From Limnochordia bacterium (GTDB lineage: Bacteria; Bacillota; Limnochordia; DTU080), in contig JBMNJG010000016.1 in NCBI GenBank assembly GCA_050951545.1, positions 64,001 through 128,000 on the forward strand: a stretch of 64,000 nucleotides of DNA, given 5' to 3'. Shown here in pieces: positions 36,987 through 47,978 of this stretch. The position numbers were made by a program, and so were the translations under genes. A model generated the notes under the pieces. It searched no databases and was not told the origin of the DNA. It saw only the letters and a program-made list of their open reading frames with translations. Every line of letters starts with the position of its first letter. Position 1 is the first letter of the stretch.

Positions 36987-38804
36987 ATGCGTTCCCTCTT
37001 TGCTCGCCTATTTCAGGCTCAACTCGCTGTCGTGTTGATAGCCCTTCTGGCGCTAGGGTTCTCTTTATCCTACATGTACACCCAATACATCTTCTCCTGG
37101 AAAGAACGGGAGCTCACCCGAATAGGAGAGCGCCTTGCTGCCGAATTCGGAACAAGCGCCCTGCCACTTCGCATTAGCCGTGTCCGGGCCCTGCTCGAAG
37201 CAGCCCACGTCTACGGTGATGCCAGTATATGGGTGATTAATACAGATGGGGTCGTGCTTGTTGGCTCACCAGGCGCCCAAACCACCCAAAGTGTGCAGCT
37301 CAACGAATCCGAGGTACGAGCACTATTCTCGGGGCAGATTGTGCGCCAGCGTTCTGCGGGCAAGGAAGCCTCCGAGCCCTCATTCGCTGTGGCCGTCCCC
37401 ATTAGGGGTCGTTTTGGAGTAGCTGGCGCGATTATCCTGAGCGCTCCCTTACTCGGTGTCATGCGCATAATCGAGGAGGGGCATCGGCTCATCTTCTGGT
37501 CAGGGGTGTTGGCGGCAGCCCTAGCGGCATGTGTAAGCTTCTTTTTCTCACGTCGCGTGGCTGAACCGCTGCAAGAAATGCGCTCCGTCGCCCTTGACAT
37601 GGCGCAAGGAGATTTTCGGCGTCGCGTCCGCGTCCGCGGCCGTCGTGACGAGATCGATGAGCTATCTATGACCTTTAACGAACTAGCAACGCGACTGGAC
37701 TCAACAATCCGCGCCCTGGCCGAAGAGAAAAGCAAGACGGACTCATGTATCGCAGGACTATCCGAGGGAGTCTTGGCCATTGACATTGATCAGCACATCA
37801 TTCTCATCAATGATGCGGCTACGCGCCTTCTGCAACCCTTGGACGTTCACCTCGGTGACTCACTACTGAACCTAGAAGATGAGGAAGAACTGCTCGCAAA
37901 CGTAAAAAAAGGCTTTTCGGACGTGTTAGAGAGCGAAGAGCCGCAAGCCTTTTCACTTCACTCCGCCACACGCACCATCATGGTCAATATCAACCCGGTC
38001 AAGAGCCCTGAGGACGACTTACTGGGAGCCGCGGCTCTTCTCCAGGATGTAAGCGAGAGACATCGCCTTGAGAAGATGCGACGGGATTTTGTCGCGGATG
38101 TCTCGCATGAGTTGCGTACGCCACTTACCTCAATATACGGCTTTGCTCAGGCCATTCTTGATGGTGTGGCCAGCACGAAAGAACAGGTGCGTCGCTATCT
38201 GGGCGTCATCATGGACGAGAGCCTACGCCTGATTCGTCTCACAAACACCCTCACAGACCTCTCCCGAATCGAAGCGCAACACGTCCGGCTCGATCTGGAA
38301 CCAGTGTCATTGCCTGAGGCTGCCTCAGACGCCATCGCCTCTTTGGAGCCCCAGTTTGCAGAGAAACACATCACGGTCCAACTTGATCTGGATGAAAACC
38401 TACCGCCCGTTTGCGCTGATGCCGACCGCCTCGAACAGATCCTGCTCAATCTGCTAGACAACGCCGCCCGTCATGCGCCCGAATCGGGCTCAATTCTCGT
38501 ACGAGGGCGAGTCTGTAGTGACTCCTGCGTTGAACTGTCCATAGAGGATAACGGCCCAGGTATCCCCGATGAGGAGCTTCCATACATTTGGGAGCGTTTC
38601 TACAAAGTGGACAAGGCGCGCCGCCAAAACCGCACTGGTGGCACGGGGCTGGGCCTCGTTATCGTCAAGCGGCTCGTAGAGTTGCACGGAGGAGATGTGC
38701 GCGCTGAAAACACCCCAAGGGCAGGAGCGAAGTTCACGGTCACGCTTCCCACAGCATCTGATGCGACGTCTGTAGCTGCTATCAAAGACGGTATTTTATA
38801 CTGA
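36987..38804 (+). CDS. Sensor histidine kinase (HAMP/PAS, ResE/WalK-like)
   Basis: Two TM helices, VSHELRTPL H-box, NLLDNA, DNGPG, GTGLGL. Confidence 0.95.
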   Translation: MRSLFARLFQAQLAVVLIALLALGFSLSYMYTQYIFSWKERELTRIGERLAAEFGTSALPLRISRVRALLEAAHVYGDASIWVINTDGVVLVGSPGAQTTQSVQLNESEVRALFSGQIVRQRSAGKEASEPSFAVAVPIRGRFGVAGAIILSAPLLGVMRIIEEGHRLIFWSGVLAAALAACVSFFFSRRVAEPLQEMRSVALDMAQGDFRRRVRVRGRRDEIDELSMTFNELATRLDSTIRALAEEKSKTDSCIAGLSEGVLAIDIDQHIILINDAATRLLQPLDVHLGDSLLNLEDEEELLANVKKGFSDVLESEEPQAFSLHSATRTIMVNINPVKSPEDDLLGAAALLQDVSERHRLEKMRRDFVADVSHELRTPLTSIYGFAQAILDGVASTKEQVRRYLGVIMDESLRLIRLTNTLTDLSRIEAQHVRLDLEPVSLPEAASDAIASLEPQFAEKHITVQLDLDENLPPVCADADRLEQILLNLLDNAARHAPESGSILVRGRVCSDSCVELSIEDNGPGIPDEELPYIWERFYKVDKARRQNRTGGTGLGLVIVKRLVELHGGDVRAENTPRAGAKFTVTLPTASDATSVAAIKDGILY

Positions 38805-38952
38805 AGAGTCGCACCATCCCCACTACGACACTGGGCAGCGTCAGCACGTAAGCAGAAAGAGATATGACTAGACTGGGGGGAAGCGAGCCTATCACCTGCA
38901 TAAACAGAAGAGCCAACCCCAGCCCCAGCATAGCAAGAGACCCAACAACCAA

Positions 38953-39972
38953 CTAGGAGGCCTCCTTATCCTCAACCGGAAGCATCTGCGCATCTCGATG
39001 CCGCCAGCATCGAACTCTGTGGAACTCACTCAAAGTAAACTCGGGAGGCTCCTCGGTATCACACAAACCCTTAATCGCCTGTGCGCAGCGCGGGAAAAAC
39101 CGACAACCGGGAGGCGGCTGAAGCAAACTTGGGGGTTCTCCCGAAGGAACCACTCGCATCTGCTTTGCGTTATCAGCATCTGGATCGGCGATCGCTTCAA
39201 GCAAAGCTTGTGTGTAGGGATGGCTCGGACGGTCCAAGAGATCACTAGTCGTTGCTTGTTCTACTACCTTAGCACCGTACATGACGAAAATGCGCTCAGA
39301 GAAGTAACGCACCGTAGACAGATCGTGGGTGACGTAAATCGTGGCCAGATTCAGCTCTTCTTGCATGCGCTGCAAAAGTTGAAGGATTTCCACCCTCACT
39401 GACGCGTCCAGCATCGACACTGGTTCATCAGCCACTAGCAGCTTTGGGCCAAGGATCTTGGCTCGGGCCAGCACAAGTCGCTGTTGCTGACCGCCGCTAA
39501 GCGTGTGAGGGAACTTCTGGAGAAAATCCTCCACGGGAGTCAGTTTCATTTCTGTTAGAGCCTGCCGGATGCGCCATTCGCGCTCCCGTCTGCTGGGGAT
39601 GCCGTTGATGCGCAGCGGTTCATCAAGTATCTGCTGTACTGACATGAAAGGAGGCACAGCAGCGTAGGGATCCTGTTGTACATAACCGACCTGAGCACGA
39701 TACCACTTGATGTAACGCGGCTCGATCCCACTGACTAGGCGATTTTCAAACACCACCTCGCCCTTCGTAGGCGTTTCAAGCCCCAGAATGGTCTTGACCA
39801 GGGTGCTCTTGCCACAGCCGCTTTCCCCGACGATGGCGAGACATTCTCCCCGCCTCAGATCAAAATTAACCCCATCCAAAGCCCTGACGTACCCCACGCG
39901 GATAAAACCCCAGCGTCTCATCTCAAACCAGGTATGCAGGTTACGCACCGAAAGAAGAACCTCGTTCCGCAT
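38953..39972 (-). CDS. Peptide ABC transporter ATP-binding protein (OppF/DppF-like)
   Basis: GESGCGKST, LSGGQQQR, HPYT, PPPGCRF. Confidence 0.93.
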   Translation of the reverse strand: MRNEVLLSVRNLHTWFEMRRWGFIRVGYVRALDGVNFDLRRGECLAIVGESGCGKSTLVKTILGLETPTKGEVVFENRLVSGIEPRYIKWYRAQVGYVQQDPYAAVPPFMSVQQILDEPLRINGIPSRREREWRIRQALTEMKLTPVEDFLQKFPHTLSGGQQQRLVLARAKILGPKLLVADEPVSMLDASVRVEILQLLQRMQEELNLATIYVTHDLSTVRYFSERIFVMYGAKVVEQATTSDLLDRPSHPYTQALLEAIADPDADNAKQMRVVPSGEPPSLLQPPPGCRFFPRCAQAIKGLCDTEEPPEFTLSEFHRVRCWRHRDAQMLPVEDKEAS

Positions 39973-40028
39973 TCTCTCCCCCGCCCGCTGATCGTGCTGA
40001 ATTATTTGGCAATTATGAGGACACAGGT

Positions 40029-41006
40029 CTACTGGTACATCCAGCACTTCACCTGACGCCCATCGTCCGTGCTTACCATAGCCGGCTCTTCCCTATCACA
40101 TGTCGGCATGCGTTTGTGACACCGATCCGCGAAACGGCATCCCGAAGGAGGGTTGATCAGACTGGGCGGCTGACCAGGAATGAACTCCAACTCCTTCTTC
40201 TCACGAATGGTGGGCACGCTTGCCATCAGTTTCGCTGAGTAGGGGTGAAGCGGCTCGGTGTAGAACTTGTCGGCTCCAGCTAGTTCCACCATCTGACCAG
40301 CGTACATAACTGCCACGTCATCCGCCAGTTCGCTTGCGGTTCCTACGTCATGGGTAATGAAAATGAACGTGGTACCCAACTCGCGCTTGATCTGCTTAAG
40401 CACGTTCATGATGTTTGCTTGCGTAAGCAAGTCCAGTGCCGAAGTGGGTTCATCGAGAATCACCACATCGGGATCTGAGATCAGCGCCATGGCGATCGCC
40501 ACACGCTGACGCATACCGCCACTAAGTTCAAAAGCGTACCGGTTAAGGAAATCCTGTGGCAGCCCCAGCAGATTGAACACATGCCTGACCTTCTCGTAGG
40601 CTTGACGCTTACGACGCACCTGACGATGCACAAAAAGCGGCTCCGCCACCTGATAGTCCACTTTCAATACAGGGTTCAATGAGTTCATCGCTGCTTGAGG
40701 AACCAGAGCCAACCTCTGCCAGCGCACATCCAGACGATAGCGACGATTTCGGAGGGTCATCGTGTCCAAATCACCCAGGAAAACGCTACCGCTGTATGTC
40801 TTCACGTTACGGGGCAGAAGCCGCAAAAGCCCTCGGCCCAAGGTGCTCTTGCCGCAGCCGGACTCGCCAAGCACTGCCATGGTCCGCCCCTCATCCAAAG
40901 CGAAGCTAACCCCGTCTACTGCCTGTACAGTACCCATACGGGTGCGAAAATGTACTACTAGGTCCTCCACTCGCAATAGACCAGCGTTTGTGTTTGTCTC
41001 TCCCAC
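40029..41006 (-). CDS. Peptide ABC transporter ATP-binding protein (OppD/DppD-like)
   Basis: GESGCGKST, LSGGMRQR, PPSGCRF. Confidence 0.93.
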   Translation of the reverse strand: MGETNTNAGLLRVEDLVVHFRTRMGTVQAVDGVSFALDEGRTMAVLGESGCGKSTLGRGLLRLLPRNVKTYSGSVFLGDLDTMTLRNRRYRLDVRWQRLALVPQAAMNSLNPVLKVDYQVAEPLFVHRQVRRKRQAYEKVRHVFNLLGLPQDFLNRYAFELSGGMRQRVAIAMALISDPDVVILDEPTSALDLLTQANIMNVLKQIKRELGTTFIFITHDVGTASELADDVAVMYAGQMVELAGADKFYTEPLHPYSAKLMASVPTIREKKELEFIPGQPPSLINPPSGCRFADRCHKRMPTCDREEPAMVSTDDGRQVKCWMYQ

Positions 41007-41008
41007 AA

Positions 41009-42343
41009 TCAGCGCCCCCTCAACCTGGGATTGAAGATGCGGTCGAGGGCAAAGCCGACCATGGCGAAGCCCAGTCCCGTGACCATCAACAGGACCGCTG
41101 GCTCCAGAACCCAGTAATAGTAGCCCTTGAACATGGCCCCGTTGGAAAACGCATCCTGCAAAAGCTTGCCCCAGGTCGGCAAGACGGGATCACCCAGTCC
41201 AAGCAAGGCTAATGATGCCTCGAGAAACACGTAGCTCGGAATCAGCGTGACAAAAGTCGGAATCAGCACCGGAATCATGCGTGGCATCATGTAGCGGAAA
41301 ACAAGACGCATGTTGCTCGCACCATACGCCCTTGCCGCGTCCATGTAGGGGGCCTCCTTGATCTGTAGAAACACCGAACGATAGGTCTTGATTCCGCCGC
41401 CAAAAATGCTGAAGAGAATGACCACACCCAGCATCATCCAGATGCTGCGCGAGTAGAGCGTGCCCACCATGATCAGGATAGGCATCAAGGGCAGGATCAT
41501 ATTGACCTCCGTGATCCTCTGGATGAGCGCGTCCACCCATTTGCCATACCAAACACCAATCGCGGAGATGATGAACGTCGCGATTGTCGAGCCCAACGCA
41601 GCCAGCAAACCAAAGGCGAGAGCTAGGGGAGTTCCCCACATCAGAGCCAGCATCAGATCGCGTCGCATGTGATCGGTGCCAGCCCAGCCATGCACCTTTC
41701 CGTATACGACGAGCTTGGCGTCGAAATCGGAGAACTCGTCAAAGAGGTAGCCCTGCATTTCCAGTTGATAGGTGCCCCTCAGCAGCTCGCCGTTCTTATC
41801 CGAAAAGAGCCCTACTTCCGCAGGCACCTCTCCCAACTCCTTAGTGACTCCCTTGTCCAGGGAGAGGTAGACTCGCTGCGCGGGGCTGATAGCCTGTGCC
41901 TCCAGCTCGATTCGGCGCCCATCTGGCATGACCCAGGTGGTCACCACAAAAGGACGTTCGGCTTCCTCCGGCGATGTGAAGAAGAGCATGACCTCAGAAG
42001 GAAAGTCATCATAGTCAAAATCAAAGCTCAGAGTGGCATTGACCATCCGGAGACCGTCAAGATCCTCCTCGGTCTTGGCCCCCTCGACACCCTGGGTCTT
42101 GACAATCAGAGTTTCAGGAAGGTTACTCTTCTGGAAATAGTTGACCCACTTGGGCTTCGCGTTCCTAGGACTCTCTGCCCAGATGTCCTCATCACCGCGC
42201 CACAATTCGATGGCTTTCTCATAGGGAATGGTGGCTACTGTGTAACCAGCCAACCCGATCAGACTGAAGATGAGTAGCAACCCCAATAACGCCGTTGGAT
42301 ACCTGACCAGCTCTTTGAGACCTTGCCGTAGACTATTCATCAC
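41009..42343 (-). CDS. Peptide ABC transporter permease (OppC-like)
   Basis: GTDHMRRD, YMDAARAYGAS EAA loop, LGLGDP..PTWG. Confidence 0.92.
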   Translation of the reverse strand: MMNSLRQGLKELVRYPTALLGLLLIFSLIGLAGYTVATIPYEKAIELWRGDEDIWAESPRNAKPKWVNYFQKSNLPETLIVKTQGVEGAKTEEDLDGLRMVNATLSFDFDYDDFPSEVMLFFTSPEEAERPFVVTTWVMPDGRRIELEAQAISPAQRVYLSLDKGVTKELGEVPAEVGLFSDKNGELLRGTYQLEMQGYLFDEFSDFDAKLVVYGKVHGWAGTDHMRRDLMLALMWGTPLALAFGLLAALGSTIATFIISAIGVWYGKWVDALIQRITEVNMILPLMPILIMVGTLYSRSIWMMLGVVILFSIFGGGIKTYRSVFLQIKEAPYMDAARAYGASNMRLVFRYMMPRMIPVLIPTFVTLIPSYVFLEASLALLGLGDPVLPTWGKLLQDAFSNGAMFKGYYYWVLEPAVLLMVTGLGFAMVGFALDRIFNPRLRGR

Positions 42344-43473
42344 GGTCTATCCTCAGCCCCAACTCGCACCCTTGGATCGACAAGAGCGTAGATGATGTCG
42401 AGAAAGAACACTGTGACGGCCAGCAGATAAGCGTACAAGACCGTCGACCCCACGATAACTGGGGTATCGAAAAGATGAATGGCCTGGTACAGAAGCTTGC
42501 CGAGACCCGGCCAGTTGAAGACTGTCTCCAGGATGATACCACCCATCCAGACACTGATTAGCATCAACACAAAGTTGGTGATGATGTATGGCAGGGTTGG
42601 CCGCAACACATAGCGCCGCTCCACAGCGCGACCTGAGAGCCCCTTGGCCTTCGCCATCTCCACGTAATCCTCGCTGGAATAGATGAGGAAGAAGGTGCGC
42701 CAGCTGTAGATCAGAAGAAAAATGCCGCTAATGAACTGGGCAGCCACTGGTAGTACCAGGTGCCGCAACACGCTCAGTGCATACGCCTTGGGCTCAGCTG
42801 GTGGAGGCGCGTCGACCATACCTCCGTAGGGCAACACTCCAAGCACTGCACAGAAAATCAGAATAAGAAAGAGGCCATAAAACCATGCTGGTGCCGCCGA
42901 CGTTGGCGTCAAGGCAATGATCAGACGGTCAAGTATCCCACCGTAGTGGCCCGAGAGCCACAAAGCTGCGAAGATGGCGATGAAGAAGATCAGTATCTGC
43001 GCAGTCCCCCACAAAAGCAGCGTAGCAGGAAGCCTTTCTATGAGAATCAATCGAACCTGCCGGGAGCCAGTATCACTACTCATCCGCTCCGCTCGTCCCA
43101 GATTAAGTGTCAGGCCTTGCCACAGGTAGCCAAAGCTTCTCAGCAGAAAAGGCCGATCCAAGCCCAAACGCTCGATCTCAATCTGCATCATCTCATCCTG
43201 CAGCGCGAGACGCTCTTCGGGCGTCATATCCTTAACCAGTGGATTGTTCATGAAGCTCAACCCAACCTGCTCCTGGATCTCAGCCTTCCGGATCTCATCT
43301 ACCTTGCCACCCATATTGGCAATGATCACCGTAAGATAGACAGCGATTACCACAGTGAAACCAATTGAGATCGCCCTAACGATTGAGTAGCGAAGAATCC
43401 TAAGCAAGGTGCCACCGAGATCCTTCAGACGCGAGCGACCTACACCCACTTCCGCTGTAGCCGTCTGAGACAT
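42340..43473 (-). CDS. Peptide ABC transporter permease (OppB-like)
   Basis: DYVEMAKAKGL, ETVFNWPGLG, YALVDPRVR. Confidence 0.92.
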   Translation of the reverse strand: MSQTATAEVGVGRSRLKDLGGTLLRILRYSIVRAISIGFTVVIAVYLTVIIANMGGKVDEIRKAEIQEQVGLSFMNNPLVKDMTPEERLALQDEMMQIEIERLGLDRPFLLRSFGYLWQGLTLNLGRAERMSSDTGSRQVRLILIERLPATLLLWGTAQILIFFIAIFAALWLSGHYGGILDRLIIALTPTSAAPAWFYGLFLILIFCAVLGVLPYGGMVDAPPPAEPKAYALSVLRHLVLPVAAQFISGIFLLIYSWRTFFLIYSSEDYVEMAKAKGLSGRAVERRYVLRPTLPYIITNFVLMLISVWMGGIILETVFNWPGLGKLLYQAIHLFDTPVIVGSTVLYAYLLAVTVFFLDIIYALVDPRVRVGAEDRP

Positions 43474-43570
43474 GAACTCACTCCCACCCCATGCCATCGA
43501 GAGACCGTGCGGGGGTCGGTAGGACCCCCGCACCACGAGCTCTTACCTACATTTGCGCCAATATCCCGCC

Positions 43571-46042
43571 TTACGGTAGTGTCATGAACTGCAGGTTGTC
43601 GAAAGACGGAATGCTCACTGCGTTTGGTGCCACCACGATCTCGATGCGGCTGGCGCCGACGGGCAGCTTCGCGGTCTCCTGCGGTGATAGGTCAATCTGC
43701 CATTGACCATCCTTGAAGGCTTTCGCCTCACCGATCAAGATCATCGCATCCTTCGAGTCAAACACCATGTACTTGACGTAGTCCACATCCTTGCGAAGGT
43801 AGGGGTTCCCGTCAAAGGTAATTGCCAGGTTAAAGGTAGCCCCTTTGCTCTTGTTGATGCGGCTCGGCCCAGTCAGATCAGCCTCTGCCACCTTGGGCTG
43901 CGCAAACCCGGCCCACTTCTCGGCAGAATCCGGGAACTGCTCAAAGCGCTTCAGCACAGCGATCTTTTCTACTGAGCGGACCTGATCCAGATACAGGGGA
44001 CCCGTGCCGACCCAGAAGTGCTTCTTCGACTGATTCCAGTTTTTCAGGTTGGCATAGCGATCAGTTGCCTGCTTTGCAGTGACATACTTACCGAGCGTCG
44101 CAGCGTACGGAATGTATGCCTCTGCTGCAGCCTGATCCAGCTGCTTGCTTAGGATGCTGAGGCTGGGTCCAGCGACGAAGCTCAACCACTCACTCTTCTG
44201 CTTGTCAGCCTTCGCCGCGCTGAACGCAAGCTCATTGGTCTCCTCGGTTCGCACGCCCAAAGCGAGATTGTGCCAGGCTCCAGGGCCCTGTGAATAGAAG
44301 GGCCACATCAGGTTGGCAGCATCACGCGCCACATACTCTGCATCGAGGAAAACCTGGTCAGTGTAGTACTCGATGACCACCGGGTTCTCTTTCACAATGC
44401 GGATGCCCCTGAACGCCTCCTGGAAGCTGCGCAGGGAAACCTGGGCCGAGCTATCGAAAAGTTTGCTCTCGGGTTTGCCCCGATCGAAAACCAAGGCAAG
44501 CTTGATGACCATGTCAGCCAAAGAGAACGAGCTACCATCGTGCCACTTCGTGTCGCGCAATAGGTTGTCATCATAGTGGACGACGACCTTAGACTTGGCA
44601 GTCAGCCCCGCTTTGCCTGCCTCTGAGATGGTAATGAACTTTTGCGTCTTGGCATCCCAGTCGATCCAGGCATCGGCCGGCACCTGAATCTCCTCGGCAA
44701 ACTTTAAGTCCACCCAGTCGAGCGTCTTGGTAACTGGTAGACCCCCGAGATGCGTGACTTCCGCCTTCTTTACCCTCTGCGGACGGAATAGCCCCGTAAA
44801 CGGGTCAGGCATCGTCGCGCTCTCGCCAGTGCCGCGGATGATCATCATGTCGTAGACCCAGTTGGTTCCAGCGAGCGGGTTCCAGGGTTCAACCAGCATG
44901 CTGGCGTTACCGATAGTAACTCTGCCACCCACCTGTTCCGGCTTGCGAACTGTAAGGCCCCAAATCCATGAGGCCGACATGCCCGCGCCCACATCCGTAG
45001 CCATGAGGGTGTTGGCGGAACGCGGCCACACGCTGACGCGATCGACCAGCCAGACACGTACAGAGTCCTTCATGGAAAGATCGAGCGCTTCAGCAAAGAG
45101 GGCGCGCCGTTCGTCCATAGTGTGGAAATCACCATTCTCCAGCTTCATCGCTACCTCATCGAGCCGAGGACTGGGGTGGTAGCCCATCCACAGCGGCGAG
45201 TTCATCCCTCGCTGCGTATAGAAGAAGCTGAAGTTATCGGAGAGGTCTCTATTGACGAGAGTGCTTATCCAGCCACCAGTATAGATGTGCCACTTTCCTT
45301 GAGAGGGCTCACTCGCGTTCCAAATCGGAGTCGCGTCAGCACCTCTTTTGTACTGCCTGTCTACAGTAAAGCCAACCTTTTCCAGCTGTGTGGCCACGTA
45401 GTCACCCATCACCCGGCGCTCATCCTCTGTGCGAATGAGAAACACCAAGGTAACAGGCTCACCACGGAAGTGCCACTTCCCACCGGACAAGGAAGCACCG
45501 AGCTTGGTCATCTCGCTAGAGATCACCTGCTTGGCCTTCTCGAAGTCATGGCCGTACTTAAGCTCAACCTGCCGGATGACGTCTGCATAACGAGCGTAGT
45601 CTGCAAAAGCAGTGTTCAGTGCCGTGTACCGTGCTGATCCCAAACCGCCCAGTACCTCTTTGGTGAGATAGTCGCGATCGATCAGCCAGTTGACCGCCTC
45701 GCGGATGGCGGGAATGGCAAACGGATTGAGCTTGCCCGTGCCCGTGAATACCGGGCCTGCCGGGTTAAAGGTCAGCTCGTTGTACGAGCCGAAGGAAACC
45801 TCGTAGTCCAGTTTCGGCGAAGCCTTGATCTTCTTGAAAAGATCAGCCTGGGAAACACCCAATGTATAGATATCGAACTCACCGGACTCAATACGAGCCA
45901 CGGCCTTGTTCTGATCCTCTTCCATAACAAAGACGACTTCGTCGACCCATGCGCCTGTGCGAGCTGCAGCCATTGTCGTGCCAGCCACGACGAACATGAG
46001 CGCCATCATCGCTGCCGAAATCCATGTGATTTTACGACTCAT
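43571..46042 (-). CDS. Large peptide/oligosaccharide ABC substrate-binding protein (family 5)
   Basis: Signal peptide MSRKITWISAA.., NPF..IREAVNWLIDR, KWHDGS.F, GTGP; GGAGG RBS. Confidence 0.88.
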   Translation of the reverse strand: MSRKITWISAAMMALMFVVAGTTMAAARTGAWVDEVVFVMEEDQNKAVARIESGEFDIYTLGVSQADLFKKIKASPKLDYEVSFGSYNELTFNPAGPVFTGTGKLNPFAIPAIREAVNWLIDRDYLTKEVLGGLGSARYTALNTAFADYARYADVIRQVELKYGHDFEKAKQVISSEMTKLGASLSGGKWHFRGEPVTLVFLIRTEDERRVMGDYVATQLEKVGFTVDRQYKRGADATPIWNASEPSQGKWHIYTGGWISTLVNRDLSDNFSFFYTQRGMNSPLWMGYHPSPRLDEVAMKLENGDFHTMDERRALFAEALDLSMKDSVRVWLVDRVSVWPRSANTLMATDVGAGMSASWIWGLTVRKPEQVGGRVTIGNASMLVEPWNPLAGTNWVYDMMIIRGTGESATMPDPFTGLFRPQRVKKAEVTHLGGLPVTKTLDWVDLKFAEEIQVPADAWIDWDAKTQKFITISEAGKAGLTAKSKVVVHYDDNLLRDTKWHDGSSFSLADMVIKLALVFDRGKPESKLFDSSAQVSLRSFQEAFRGIRIVKENPVVIEYYTDQVFLDAEYVARDAANLMWPFYSQGPGAWHNLALGVRTEETNELAFSAAKADKQKSEWLSFVAGPSLSILSKQLDQAAAEAYIPYAATLGKYVTAKQATDRYANLKNWNQSKKHFWVGTGPLYLDQVRSVEKIAVLKRFEQFPDSAEKWAGFAQPKVAEADLTGPSRINKSKGATFNLAITFDGNPYLRKDVDYVKYMVFDSKDAMILIGEAKAFKDGQWQIDLSPQETAKLPVGASRIEIVVAPNAVSIPSFDNLQFMTLP

Positions 46043-46313
46043 TATGTCAGTGCACCTCCAGAACTCTTGTGCTACCTGTACCTCTGACACAGACCGCCTG
46101 ACCTTTGCATCAGCAGTTCTGCGCCTTCGCCGAACTGCAAAGCCAGACTCAGGCGCCACCTGCAGTTGCCACCCCTTGCCGCTGCACCTCCCGCGCCAGT
46201 AATGTCTGCACCAATAGACGATCACATCATCTCCTCTACATCCCGCGGTCGCCCTGCCAAACGTCTCTGCTCATGAGTTAGGGTGAGATTCGGCAAACAT
46301 TCCTCATTCTCCT

Positions 46314-47534
46314 TCATGAATCAGACAGCGTCTCGACAGACGGGGGGGCGAAACGCTCAAGTTCGGCCACAGGCCTCCACGAAGTGGAGCGGGCCCATGC
46401 AACTCCTACCTCCGAAGGCAGGCCACCCTCTTGGGCGCATGTCTCGAAATGGGACTCTATACCCACAATCTCCGTGGCCATAGTTCCTGCCTCTTCATAG
46501 CGGCGGGAGTGAGGCGCGCTCACTTCGTGGATCCGTCCGCTCGACATATAGGCACCGTTTTGAGCCCGCACGAGATGCAAAGACTCGCTTACGGGCGAGA
46601 GCAGCTGCTCCTTGCCAGCAAGCGTAGCCAAGAAATTCCTATACATCAGTTCGGTACTTCCTGTTCCTCGGTATTCCTCAACGAATTGCGTTTGGTTGTC
46701 CAGTTGCACCGTCAGGCGGTTGTTCTCGAAAACGGCTTCACCACGGCTTCCTATCACACGGTAGTAGTGTGGTTTCTGCGTTGAGTTGCAGTATGTAGCC
46801 AAGTACAGGACCTCAACTCCATCTGCCGCCCGGACCCGTACAGTAGCCGTATCTTCCATCTCAGCACGAGGAATCGCTCGGTACATTTCCGCCCGCACCT
46901 CATGAGGGACGAGCAAGCTTCCGGGTCGACAGGAGGCAAAGTACAGGCAGTTGTTCAGCATGTGTGCCAAGGCATTGCACATAGGTCCGTCAAGAGCATA
47001 GGCATCGCCAACACGGAACTTACCTGCCCACCGATTACGCAAGTAGTAAGCATCTTTGCGCTTCCAAAGACCAACGCCTACCACACGATGTATCTGCCCC
47101 AAAACTCCTTCGGTCACCAACTGCTTGATCCGCTTCACCATCGGAGAACTCAGGTACTGAAAGTCAATACCACAAGGCAGCCCAGCCTCAACAGCTGCCT
47201 TAGCCATGGCCACCACGTCCTGCACAGTCACTGCGGCTGACTTCTCACACAGCACTGGGTAACCGCTCCCTAACGACGCCACTACCATGCTCCGGTGAAG
47301 ATGCAGGGGCGACGCGACTGCCACCATGTCGAAGCCACCCTTGGCCAGCATCTCCTGCCAATCCCGGTATACCACCACCCCGGCCTGCTTCAGCTGGCTT
47401 ATCACATCCGCCTGGCCGACCTGATCAATCTCTGCTGCAGCCACCAACCTGGCCAGACCTGCCTGCTCAAGTGCCCTAAGTGAACGTCTGTGCGTTTCTC
47501 CGTAACCACCTAGACCGATCAAGGCTACATCCAT
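46314..47534 (-). CDS. Gfo/Idh/MocA family oxidoreductase
   Basis: ALIGLGGYG, VLCEK; GGGAGG RBS before ATG 47534. Confidence 0.88.
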   Translation of the reverse strand: MDVALIGLGGYGETHRRSLRALEQAGLARLVAAAEIDQVGQADVISQLKQAGVVVYRDWQEMLAKGGFDMVAVASPLHLHRSMVVASLGSGYPVLCEKSAAVTVQDVVAMAKAAVEAGLPCGIDFQYLSSPMVKRIKQLVTEGVLGQIHRVVGVGLWKRKDAYYLRNRWAGKFRVGDAYALDGPMCNALAHMLNNCLYFASCRPGSLLVPHEVRAEMYRAIPRAEMEDTATVRVRAADGVEVLYLATYCNSTQKPHYYRVIGSRGEAVFENNRLTVQLDNQTQFVEEYRGTGSTELMYRNFLATLAGKEQLLSPVSESLHLVRAQNGAYMSSGRIHEVSAPHSRRYEEAGTMATEIVGIESHFETCAQEGGLPSEVGVAWARSTSWRPVAELERFAPPSVETLSDS

Positions 47535-47688
47535 TGGATCTGCCACTCTCAAAGCCCTCCCGCTAAATCGTGTTACGCTGTGCGACTTAGCAAACATGCC
47601 CGGCGTACCGCAAGGCGCGCCCGTCTATCCACGAGCGCGCCTGTAGAGGCCCCGTCCATGTTTCTAGAGTCTGGACTCCTCTGTCATT

Positions 47689-47916
47689 TTAGAGACCTCG
47701 TAGGCTGTCATCGACTCCAAAAGCGACATGACAACCCGCCCTGTACTTAGTCACTCTGCCGTTCTCCACAACGGCGGTCATACTGAGTACCTCCACGCCC
47801 TGGATATGCTCCAAGGTCTCGGCAGCCTCACCCACCGCTTGGTTTACAGCGTCTTCCCAGCTTTGCTCCGATTCACCTACTAGCTCGATTACGCTGGCAA
47901 CCCGAAACTCACTCAA
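47689..47916 (-). CDS. Dodecin family protein
   Basis: VIELVGES..SWEDAV..AV, VENGRV..YR....VAF. Confidence 0.88.
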   Translation of the reverse strand: MSEFRVASVIELVGESEQSWEDAVNQAVGEAAETLEHIQGVEVLSMTAVVENGRVTKYRAGCHVAFGVDDSLRGL

Positions 47917-47978
47917 GTGCTCACCTCCTGGCTATAGCGCTAGTGGCATTGTTCCGCAGCACAGGAGGCTTTATGAAT

